Assembly: GCA_015489315.1 (NCBI GenBank)
Contig: WFZZ01000138.1
Coordinates: 1-63,558 of the forward strand
Direction of reading: 5' to 3'
Origin: Deltaproteobacteria bacterium
Lineage (GTDB): Bacteria > Desulfobacterota > Dissulfuribacteria > Dissulfuribacterales > QOAL01
Length of the DNA stretch: 63,558 nucleotides
Part shown: positions 55,940-63,558 of the stretch, in pieces
How the letters are laid out: each line of letters opens with the position of its first letter
Numbering within the stretch: position 1 is the stretch's first letter
Translations under genes and position numbers: made by a program
The notes under the pieces: generated by a model
What the model saw: the letters and a program-made list of their open reading frames with translations, nothing else
What the model was told of the DNA's origin: nothing
Databases searched by the model: none

Positions 55940-56823
55940 TAGAGTTTCAAAAACCTCCTGAGGGCCATGGCAGTTCCGAGCGTGCAAAAAAGGCCGCTTA
56001 CAACCACTATTGATATGATGTTTTCTGCTGGCAAAAATTGTAAATGAAGACTTTCCCAAAAACTGCTGTTCCCAAAGGCCTTTATCAGATAACTATAGGC
56101 CAAAAAGGCAAGGACCACAGCAGCTCCAGAACCCAAAAGCCCTTGTAACAGAGAAGCCACTAAATAAGGCCCCATAATGAAACCATTTGTTGCTCCAACA
56201 AGTCTCATAATTTCAATTTCATCCTGTCTTGCATAGACGGTCAATTTGATAGTATTTGACACCACAAAAGCAGCCGTAACTAAAAGTAAGGCCGCACAAA
56301 AAATAAGGGCAGTCCGAACCATCTTTGAGAAATTCTCAAGCCTATCTACCCACTCCTTCCCATATTGAACCTTGTCAACCTCATTCCATTTAGAAATCTC
56401 TTTTGCTATTTCTTTGACCCTGTTGGGGTTATAAAGGGCCTTATCTATCTGAATCTCAAAGGCAGGAGGCAAAAATGTTGGGTCAACCCCTGCAAGTATC
56501 TCCCTTTCATTGGAAAAATATCTCTCTAGTCTCTTAAAGGCATCCTCAGAGGATACAAACTTTACTTCTTTTATACCCTTAATACTAACAATCTTCTGAT
56601 AAAGAACTGGGACTTTTTCCTGTGAAACATCTTTTTTTAGATATACAATTATGGCCAGCTCTTTCCCAAAATGGTCTGCTATCCTCTGAAGGTTAATAGA
56701 AAACAGATTAAAAAAAACAAAGATCAGACAAGTCAACACCACCACCAAGGTAGTCATCAAATGGGTGACTAAATTTTGCCTAATATCACGAAAGGCCCGT
56801 TTTAAGATTATTCCAAAAGGCAT
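55939..56823 (-). CDS. ftsX: cell-division ABC transporter permease FtsX
   Basis: 4-TM FtsX topology with a periplasmic loop, directly downstream of ftsE. Confidence 0.88.
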   Translation of the reverse strand: MPFGIILKRAFRDIRQNLVTHLMTTLVVVLTCLIFVFFNLFSINLQRIADHFGKELAIIVYLKKDVSQEKVPVLYQKIVSIKGIKEVKFVSSEDAFKRLERYFSNEREILAGVDPTFLPPAFEIQIDKALYNPNRVKEIAKEISKWNEVDKVQYGKEWVDRLENFSKMVRTALIFCAALLLVTAAFVVSNTIKLTVYARQDEIEIMRLVGATNGFIMGPYLVASLLQGLLGSGAAVVLAFLAYSYLIKAFGNSSFWESLHLQFLPAENIISIVVVSGLFCTLGTAMALRRFLKL

Positions 56824-56825
56824 AA

Positions 56826-57503
56826 TTAATCTTCCTTTATCTTTCCGTTTTCTAAAAGGATTACCCTTCTGTGGGTGTTTCTGAAAAGAGTTTCGTCATG
56901 GGTGGCAAAGACAATTGTTGCCCCTCTGGCGTTGAGCTCATCCATAAGGGCCACGACTTCCCTTGTCCTTTTTCTGTCCAAATTCCCGGTTGGCTCGTCG
57001 GCCAAAATAATTGGAGGACGATTAACAACAGCCCTTGCAATGGCCACCCTTTGCTGCTCCCCACCTGAAAGCTGAATAACTTTGCGATAAAGCTTATCTC
57101 CTAGACCCACTCCCTCAATCACCTGTTTTACCCTTTTTGTCAATTGCTCTCGTTTAAAACCTAAGACTTCTAATGAAAGGGCTACATTTTCAAAAACACT
57201 TCTATTGTGAAGAAGCTTAAAGTCCTGAAAAATCACCCCGATTTTCCTTCGCAACTGGGGGATCTGAGACCTTGATAGGCCTGAAAGATCAAGACCTTCA
57301 ATATTTATTGATCCACTAGTAGGTCTTTCTGCCAGATACAGGAGCTTTAAGAGCGTGCTTTTCCCTGCACCACTTGGACCGGTCAAAAAGACAAACTCTC
57401 CCTTAGAAATTTTTAGATCCACTTCATCTAGTGCTAAAATGTCCCTTGCATATCTTTTGGATACTTTCTTGAGTTCTATAATTGGCTGTTCTGTACCTAT
57501 CAT
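56826..57503 (-). CDS. ftsE: cell-division ABC transporter ATP-binding protein FtsE
   Basis: GPSGAGKST, LSGGEQQRVAIARA and ILADEPTGNLD. Confidence 0.92.
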   Translation of the reverse strand: MIGTEQPIIELKKVSKRYARDILALDEVDLKISKGEFVFLTGPSGAGKSTLLKLLYLAERPTSGSINIEGLDLSGLSRSQIPQLRRKIGVIFQDFKLLHNRSVFENVALSLEVLGFKREQLTKRVKQVIEGVGLGDKLYRKVIQLSGGEQQRVAIARAVVNRPPIILADEPTGNLDRKRTREVVALMDELNARGATIVFATHDETLFRNTHRRVILLENGKIKED

Positions 57504-57619
57504 TGCTTCCTCATCTTTTGTGCAACTTTATCCGATAAAAGATAATGACATACAATTGATAAAAAATCATGGACGTTTTATGCAAAATTGGCACCAATAA
57601 AGGAGGCATTTTTGAATAA

Positions 57620-58705
57620 ATGGCCAAAATAGATGCATTCTTTAAACTTTTACATGAAAAGGGTGGGTCGGACCTTCATATGGTTGCTGGTTCTCCGCCA
57701 GTAATAAGAATCAGAGGGGATATCCAGCGGGTAAAATACAAGGTTCTGGACAATGACGAATTAAAGTCCATGCTCTATGAAATAGCCCCTGAAGATAAAA
57801 TAAAACAGTTTGAGGAAACAGGAGATGTTGACTTTGGTTATGAGGTCCCTGGACTTGCACGTTATCGTGCCAATTACTTCATGCAAAAAAATGGAGTTGG
57901 TGCAGTCTTTAGGGAAATTCCCAGCAAGATTCTATCTGCAGAGCAGCTTGGACTTCCAGAGGTAATGACCAAGCTTGCCATGCTTCCAAGAGGACTTGTT
58001 TTAGTAACAGGGCCTACAGGAAGTGGTAAGTCCACAACCCTTGCGGCCATTTTGGATCATGCCAATAGAAACAGGAAGGACCACATCATCACCATTGAGG
58101 ATCCCATTGAATTTGTCCATGAACACAAGGGATGTCTTGTCAATCACAGGGAGGTCGGTACCCATACTAAATCATTCAGTGCAGCACTTAGAGGGGCCCT
58201 TCGTGAAGACCCTGATATTATACTTGTTGGTGAAATGAGGGACCTTGAAACCATTTCCCTTGCCATTGAAGCAGCCATGACCGGTCATCTGGTCATGGGG
58301 ACCCTGCATACAATCAGTGCCCACAAAACCGTTGATAGAATTATAGAGATATTCCCTACCCATCAACAGCCGCAGGTTCGAGCAACACTTGCAGATGCCA
58401 TAAGGGCTGTCATTTCACAAACCATGTTTAAAAGAATTGACATTCCAGGAAGGTGTGTGGCCTTTGAAATCATGATTGCAACCCCTGCAGTAAGAAATCT
58501 CATAAGGGAAGGCAAGACCTTTCAAATACCTTCAATTATGCAGACAGGGAAAAAATATGGGATGCAGACCCTTGATGACGCCATAATGGAACTTTTGCAA
58601 AAGGGCTGGATTGATCCAGATGAGGCCTACGCCAAATGTAATGAAAAGGCGAAATTTAAACCCTTTGCCAGAAGCGCACCAGCTGACTTTACAGAGGTAG
58701 CATAG
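57620..58705 (+). CDS. pilT: type IV pilus retraction ATPase PilT
   Basis: GPTGSGKSTTLAA, IILVGEMRD and AVRNLIREGK. Confidence 0.9.
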   Translation: MAKIDAFFKLLHEKGGSDLHMVAGSPPVIRIRGDIQRVKYKVLDNDELKSMLYEIAPEDKIKQFEETGDVDFGYEVPGLARYRANYFMQKNGVGAVFREIPSKILSAEQLGLPEVMTKLAMLPRGLVLVTGPTGSGKSTTLAAILDHANRNRKDHIITIEDPIEFVHEHKGCLVNHREVGTHTKSFSAALRGALREDPDIILVGEMRDLETISLAIEAAMTGHLVMGTLHTISAHKTVDRIIEIFPTHQQPQVRATLADAIRAVISQTMFKRIDIPGRCVAFEIMIATPAVRNLIREGKTFQIPSIMQTGKKYGMQTLDDAIMELLQKGWIDPDEAYAKCNEKAKFKPFARSAPADFTEVA

Positions 58706-58707
58706 CC

Positions 58708-59877
58708 ATGAGACGAGCTGAGCTAAATGAAATCATCCAGGAAATGCTTACATCTCATCCTAGAATTTCAGACCTAAATTTCACAGTAGGACGTCCCTGC
58801 CAAGTTGCTGCCGATGGCAAACTTCATCTTTCAGGTCCTGAGCTTTTTACAAAAAATCTTGTCCCCTATCAGACCGAACAATTGGCCCTCGGTCTTATAG
58901 ACAACGATAGAAGGCTTTTAGCAGACCTTTTTAGGCACGGTTCCTGTGACTTTTCATATCAAATAGATGATGGGACCCGCTTTCGTGTAAATGTATTTTC
59001 CCAAAAAGGGGCCTATAGCATTGTAATGAGACGCCTTGAAAGCAAGGTACCCTCCATTGATGAGCTCGGTCTTCCTGATTGCTTCAAAAAGATGGCCAGA
59101 GAAAAAAATGGCATCATCCTTTTTACTGGAGCCACTGGAACTGGTAAAACCACATCCCTTGCGGCAATACTGAATGAAATCAACCGAATGGAACCTGTAC
59201 ACGTGATTACCCTGGAAGACCCCGTTGAATATGTTCATACTTCTGTAAAGGCCACTTTTAACCAAAGAGAACTTGGACAGGATTTTGACACTTTTGCCAA
59301 TGGTCTAAGGGCTGCCCTAAGACAAGCCCCCCATGTAATTCTTGTTGGTGAAATAAGGGATAGAGAGACCATGGAAATAGCACTAAATGCCTCAGAAACA
59401 GGGCATCTGGTATTTAGTACCCTTCATACAGTAAGCGCCGGACACACTATTAACAGAATACTTGGAATGTTCACTACCGAAGAAGAAAGACAGATTCGAT
59501 TTAGACTTGCAGATTCCCTCAGATGGATTGTTGGACAGCGGCTGCTACCAAAGAAACAGGGGGGGAGAATTGCTGTTTTTGAAATTCTTCAGAACAATGT
59601 AAGGGTTAAAGACAGCATTCTTCACGGTGAAAGGGAAGGAAAGACCTTTTACGAAATCATAGAATCAGGCGTTGCCTTTGACATGAAGACCTTTGATCAA
59701 CATATTGTAGAGATATTTAAAGAAGGCCTAATAGATGAAGAAACAGCCCTTGCCTATGCAAGTAATCGATCCAAGGTCCGTCAAGGAATTGACAAAATAA
59801 AAGCGGCAAGAGGCGAAGAGACGTCAGATATTGGCTCTCTTGAGATAGAAGATGAATTCACCTTCAAGGCATATTAA
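58708..59877 (+). CDS. second PilT/PilU-family hexameric ATPase
   Basis: GATGTGKTTSLAA, VILVGEIRD and TLHT. Confidence 0.85.
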   Translation: MRRAELNEIIQEMLTSHPRISDLNFTVGRPCQVAADGKLHLSGPELFTKNLVPYQTEQLALGLIDNDRRLLADLFRHGSCDFSYQIDDGTRFRVNVFSQKGAYSIVMRRLESKVPSIDELGLPDCFKKMAREKNGIILFTGATGTGKTTSLAAILNEINRMEPVHVITLEDPVEYVHTSVKATFNQRELGQDFDTFANGLRAALRQAPHVILVGEIRDRETMEIALNASETGHLVFSTLHTVSAGHTINRILGMFTTEEERQIRFRLADSLRWIVGQRLLPKKQGGRIAVFEILQNNVRVKDSILHGEREGKTFYEIIESGVAFDMKTFDQHIVEIFKEGLIDEETALAYASNRSKVRQGIDKIKAARGEETSDIGSLEIEDEFTFKAY

Positions 59878-59888
59878 AGGATTTTGCC

Positions 59889-60518
59889 ATGGAAATTATT
59901 TGTAGCCAATGTAACAAAAAATACTCTATAGACGAAAGAAAACTCCCACAAAATGGGAAGGTATATGTAAGATGTGTATCATGTAACAACAAGATCGAAA
60001 TCAACATTGGCGGTTTAGAAACCATTTCTAGTAATTCATCTGGATATTCAAAAAGACCCCTTGAATTTTTTGACTCTGATAAAAAGACAGCTCTTATTTA
60101 TTGTAAGGAGCCTCAAGCCCTAGTAGAGATACAAAAGCAATTAAAAACGCTGGATTTTCATTCTATTGAAATAAAAAATGTCGAGGATATAAAACATTAC
60201 TTCAGATTTAACACCTTTGATTTGGTCTTGCTGTATCAACACGCCCCTGATATGGACCAGGATCTTAAGGAAGTCCTTTTTTTCATACACAATATGCAAC
60301 CTAGTATTAGAAGAAGATGTCTAGTGCTCTACTGCTATCTTGGTGGTAACCGTTATGACCTTTTTGATGCATTTTCAAGGGGAGTAGATAGATGCATAAA
60401 TCCTATGGATATAAGAACCTTTACCAAGATTGTTCCGGAGCTTTTGAATGAAAAAGACGCCAACTACAAAATATTTTTTAAGTGCAAGGAACGTGTTGAA
60501 GAAGGACTTATCATTTAA
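59889..60518 (+). CDS. MJ0042-type zinc-ribbon protein fused to a receiver-like domain lacking the phospho-acceptor Asp
   Basis: N-terminus has CSQC...CVSC. The receiver-like body has TALIYCKEP in place of the acidic pair and FDLVLLYQH in place of DLVLLD. Confidence 0.55.
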   Translation: MEIICSQCNKKYSIDERKLPQNGKVYVRCVSCNNKIEINIGGLETISSNSSGYSKRPLEFFDSDKKTALIYCKEPQALVEIQKQLKTLDFHSIEIKNVEDIKHYFRFNTFDLVLLYQHAPDMDQDLKEVLFFIHNMQPSIRRRCLVLYCYLGGNRYDLFDAFSRGVDRCINPMDIRTFTKIVPELLNEKDANYKIFFKCKERVEEGLII

Positions 60519-62312
60519 CTAAATTCCTTCATATATGGCCTTGTCATAAGCCTTTAATATGTCTGCCCTGGTAATCAAACCCCTTGGCCTTTTTTCCTTT
60601 GTCCTGTCCGAAAGGACCACGAGTTCGTCGGTCTTTTCTTCTGCCATTTTTTTAAGGGCAGTAGCCAATGAATTCCACGGATAAATTATGGGCCTTGATT
60701 CCACAAGGTCCTTGACCTTTACCTTTGCATCCAATCCCTCAAAGGTCACTGCATGTCTAACTGCTTGTGCATGGACAACACCTTTATAACTCCCATTTTT
60801 ATCAACTACAACAAAGGAAGAGGCTGGAAACTTTGACATGTAGGCCACAAGTTCCCTCAAGCTCCAGTCCTCTGGAATTGGCTCTGGCTGACCTTCTTTT
60901 ATGCGCCCTAGTATTTCATGGACCGTAAGTCTTGCCAGAATGCCGAGTAAAAAATCTCCATGATGAATTGGCGTGTCAAAGCGAGTGGTAAGCTGTTTTT
61001 CATAGATTCCCTTTTTCCCCTTTAAAAGAAAGGCCAAGGTGGAAACCCACACCGATGGTAAAAGGAGCGCATAATTTCCAGTCATCTCACTAACCATAAT
61101 TACTGTAGAAAAGGGGGTGCTGGCAGCAGAGGCAAAAAAACCAGCCATGCCCACAATGACATAGGCCTCAGGATGAGGGACAAGGGTTGGCATAAATTTT
61201 TTTAGCATAAGGCCTACAGCGCCACCTAGGGTTCCGCCAATTACCACAGAAGGACCAAACACACCACCGCTTCCACCTGAACCAATGCTAAATGCAGTGG
61301 CAAAAACCTTCCCCAATGATATCAAAAGAAGCGTTGCAACTGTAAGTTTTCCAATAAAGGCCTGCTGTAACACGCCGTAACCCGTATAAATTGCTCCTGG
61401 AAGAAAATAGCCTATCACACCTGTCAAAAAACCACCAATGGCTGGCTTTAAGTGGTTTGTAACAGGCAACTTTAAAAAAAGATCCCTAATATAGTAAAAG
61501 GAATGAGCATAAAACCTGGCAGCATAAGCCACTGCAATGGCAAGGATAGTATATGGCAGAATTTCTCCTGCATAGTCAAACTCATAATTAGGGGTAATAA
61601 AAAGGGTCCCAAAACCAAAGAACAGAGAAAAGACGCAATAGGCAATTACTGAAGTAATGGCCGACGGGACAAGAAGTTCATATTCCATGTCTATGTCACG
61701 ATAAAGAATTTCTGCCGCAAAGATTGCCCCTGCCAGTGGCGCATGGAATATTGAACCAATACCTGCACTCATTCCTGCCATCATAAGTATGCGCCGTTCC
61801 TGGGTGCTTAAATGAAGCTTTTGGGCAATTACTGATCCAAAACCAGCTCCTATCTGGGCTATTGGACCTTCACGTCCACCTGATCCACCTGATCCAATGG
61901 TTATGGCTGAAGCAATCGTTTTAATCAAAGGTATCCTTGCACGAATCCTTGCATCCTTAAAGTGATAACTTTCAAGGGCTGCATCTGTTCCATGACCTTC
62001 TGCCTCAGGTGCAAAGGTATATATTAGCCATCCAGAGATAAGACCTCCTAGGGTAGGAACAACAAGTAACATCCATCTGATAAATGATTGGGTGGTAGGT
62101 GCAAAAAGAGAATGTTCACCTCCAGGTTCCTGTGGCCTATAACCTGCCATTGCATCAAGAAAGATGTGATGGGCAAAATCAAGGGCCACAAAAAAGACTA
62201 CGGAACCAAGTCCTGCAATAATTCCTGTAGGGATTGCTAAAAGAAGTAGTCTTCTTAATTGGAGCCATTTCCTAATATTTTTTATGACGTTTTTCCTGAT
62301 TTGGACTATCAT
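60519..62312 (-). CDS. ClC-family chloride channel/antiporter with tandem C-terminal CBS domains
   Basis: GSGGREGP and GGVFGPS selectivity motifs. Multi-TM body with a CBS pair at the C-terminus. Confidence 0.9.
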   Translation of the reverse strand: MIVQIRKNVIKNIRKWLQLRRLLLLAIPTGIIAGLGSVVFFVALDFAHHIFLDAMAGYRPQEPGGEHSLFAPTTQSFIRWMLLVVPTLGGLISGWLIYTFAPEAEGHGTDAALESYHFKDARIRARIPLIKTIASAITIGSGGSGGREGPIAQIGAGFGSVIAQKLHLSTQERRILMMAGMSAGIGSIFHAPLAGAIFAAEILYRDIDMEYELLVPSAITSVIAYCVFSLFFGFGTLFITPNYEFDYAGEILPYTILAIAVAYAARFYAHSFYYIRDLFLKLPVTNHLKPAIGGFLTGVIGYFLPGAIYTGYGVLQQAFIGKLTVATLLLISLGKVFATAFSIGSGGSGGVFGPSVVIGGTLGGAVGLMLKKFMPTLVPHPEAYVIVGMAGFFASAASTPFSTVIMVSEMTGNYALLLPSVWVSTLAFLLKGKKGIYEKQLTTRFDTPIHHGDFLLGILARLTVHEILGRIKEGQPEPIPEDWSLRELVAYMSKFPASSFVVVDKNGSYKGVVHAQAVRHAVTFEGLDAKVKVKDLVESRPIIYPWNSLATALKKMAEEKTDELVVLSDRTKEKRPRGLITRADILKAYDKAIYEGI

Positions 62313-62370
62313 ATTGAATACCCTGTAATAATTGCTGTATTTTATCCCAGTATTTTTTGGAAGTAAAACA

Positions 62371-63558
62371 ATGATCCATGTGGTAGGTTTTAATTATTTT
62401 TTCACAAGCAAGGACCTTGAAAAAATACTTTCCAAATCAAAGAAGATATTTTGCACTAAAAGATTTTGGCCTCATTTCCAACACCATTCTGAAAAACTCG
62501 CCAACCTTGTTCCCATTGAAGATGCAATAAAAACAATAAAAAATGACAGCAACTCAACCTACACCATTATAGCCTCAGGAGATCCACTTTTTTTTGGCAT
62601 TGGCAAAAGGCTACTAAAAGAATTTTATGAAAAAGACCTTTTCTTTCATCCAGCCTTGACCACTGTCCAGCTTGTTTCTTCTAGATTCAAAATCCCTTGG
62701 GATGATATGAAAGTCATCAGCCTTCATGGCCGAAATAGAACATTAATGCCCCTAATTAAAAAGATATTAAAAGATTCTCCTTTTAAGGTTGGGGTCTTTA
62801 CAGACAATGAGTTCACGCCTGATTTCATCTGCAGGTCTCTTTTAAAAATTGGCCTTTGCTCTGCAAGGGTTTTGGTGGCACAAGATATCGGAGGCGAAAA
62901 TGAGGCATTTTTTGACCTAGATATAAAAGAAGCAGCAGAAATTTCCTTTCATCCACTAAACTTCATGATTCTTACGGGGGAGCATAATAGAAACAGGCTT
63001 GGCTTAGGACTTCCTGATGACTTTTTCCTCCACGAAAGGGGACTGATTACCAAATCACCTATAAGGACCATCTGTCTGTCAAAATTAAACCTGCCAGAAC
63101 AAGGGGTCCTTTGGGATATTGGCGCAGGAAGCGGTTCTATTTCCATTGAAGCATCCTTAATGAAACCAGGGCTAAACATCTTTTCTGTTGAAAAAGATGA
63201 AAAACGCATATCTTTAATAGAAAAAAACCGCGAAAAGACCCTTTCCCTTAACATTGAAATAAATAAAAATGAAGCACCTGAAGGGCTAGATTATCTTCCT
63301 AATCCAGATCGCATTTTTGTAGGCGGAGGCCTTAGTAAACAGGGGTTACTTGAATATCTTATTAAGAGGTTAAAAAAAGATGGCATTCTTGTGGCAACTA
63401 CAATTCTGCTAGAGAGTCTAAACAGGCTCTTAGAATTTTGTGAAAGAAAGGGGCTTAAGTTTCACGCCCAACAAATTGAAATTAGAGAAATCTCTCCCCT
63501 TGGCAAGGGCCATATGGCAAAATCTTCAAACCCTATAACCGTCTTTACCATTTATAAA
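62371..63558 (+). CDS. cobL: precorrin-6Y / cobalt-precorrin-6B-7 C5,C15-methyltransferase (decarboxylating), fused CbiE-CbiT (CobL); 3'-partial
   Basis: Read by hand: 396 codons stay open to the window end, so the ORF track lacks it. ASGDPLFFGIG (CbiE) and WDIGAGSGSISIE (CbiT SAM motif). Confidence 0.8.
   Translation, partial: MIHVVGFNYFFTSKDLEKILSKSKKIFCTKRFWPHFQHHSEKLANLVPIEDAIKTIKNDSNSTYTIIASGDPLFFGIGKRLLKEFYEKDLFFHPALTTVQLVSSRFKIPWDDMKVISLHGRNRTLMPLIKKILKDSPFKVGVFTDNEFTPDFICRSLLKIGLCSARVLVAQDIGGENEAFFDLDIKEAAEISFHPLNFMILTGEHNRNRLGLGLPDDFFLHERGLITKSPIRTICLSKLNLPEQGVLWDIGAGSGSISIEASLMKPGLNIFSVEKDEKRISLIEKNREKTLSLNIEINKNEAPEGLDYLPNPDRIFVGGGLSKQGLLEYLIKRLKKDGILVATTILLESLNRLLEFCERKGLKFHAQQIEIREISPLGKGHMAKSSNPITVFTIYK

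Noticed and set aside
62313-62370. Looked for a cobalamin riboswitch upstream of cobL, and for a Moco riboswitch upstream of moaA (49803-49810).
   Set aside because: The intergenic gaps are 58 nt and 8 nt. Both are far too short for these riboswitches.
62949-63254. 101-aa minus-strand ORF near the window end.
   Set aside because: It lies antisense inside a continuous 396-codon + strand frame with clear CbiE/CbiT motifs.
1-63558. Scanned the whole window for CRISPR repeats, IS or transposase genes, integrases, tRNA or rRNA genes, long direct or inverted DNA repeats, and known defence-system genes.
   Set aside because: None were seen. Coding density is high and the non-coding gaps are at most about 330 nt. 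The 3.6-21.4 kb island has no visible mobility hallmarks, so I did not call it a mobile element.

Overview
This is a 63.6-kb, AT-rich, densely coding bacterial chromosome segment. RBSs are strong (AGGAGG type) and many genes overlap by 1-4 nt. The gene content (NrfD-type membrane subunit, multihaem cytochromes c, LarC, ThyX, a candidate selenoprotein) suggests an anaerobe of the Desulfobacterota/Nitrospirota kind, at low confidence. I saw no rRNA, tRNA, CRISPR array, transposase, integrase or phage genes.

Layout:
- 0.2-3.6 kb: NrfD-like subunit, an HspR/MerR-like regulator with a C-terminal Cys cluster, a nonahaem lipoprotein cytochrome c and a monohaem cytochrome.
- 3.6-21.4 kb: an accessory-looking envelope/secretome island. 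It holds an ECF sigma factor, a zinc-type anti-sigma factor and a Spy-like protein. It also holds two short PGHW-repeat lipoproteins, a VWA protein, a metzincin-like protease, a clan GH-A-like hydrolase, a C39-like peptidase, an orphan 1270-aa secreted protein and a DUF1800/DUF1501 pair.
- 21.5-26.1 kb: two PAS sensor kinases.
- 26.2-63.6 kb: mostly housekeeping genes. These are csp, an RRM protein, tsaD, MCP/cheW, thpR-cinA-pgpA-larC, nadB-thyX, a glycan-initiation pair, purM, ftsY, secDF, murA, moaA, fabD, ftsEX-envC-ctp, tandem pilT, a ClC channel and partial cobL.

Main hunt results:
- A shared ECF-type promoter motif (TTAAAC-N16/17-CGTC) sits upstream of the sigma gene and of both PGHW-lipoprotein operons. 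Two weaker divergent copies lie in front of the hydrolase and peptidase genes. Together they define a compact local regulon.
- An ORF missing from the ORF track (52233-52433) has an in-frame UGA in a C-x-x-U context followed by a SECIS-like hairpin, so it is a candidate small selenoprotein.
- A GcvH-like protein lacks the lipoyl-lysine.

All family assignments come from motif recognition by eye. No searches were run.
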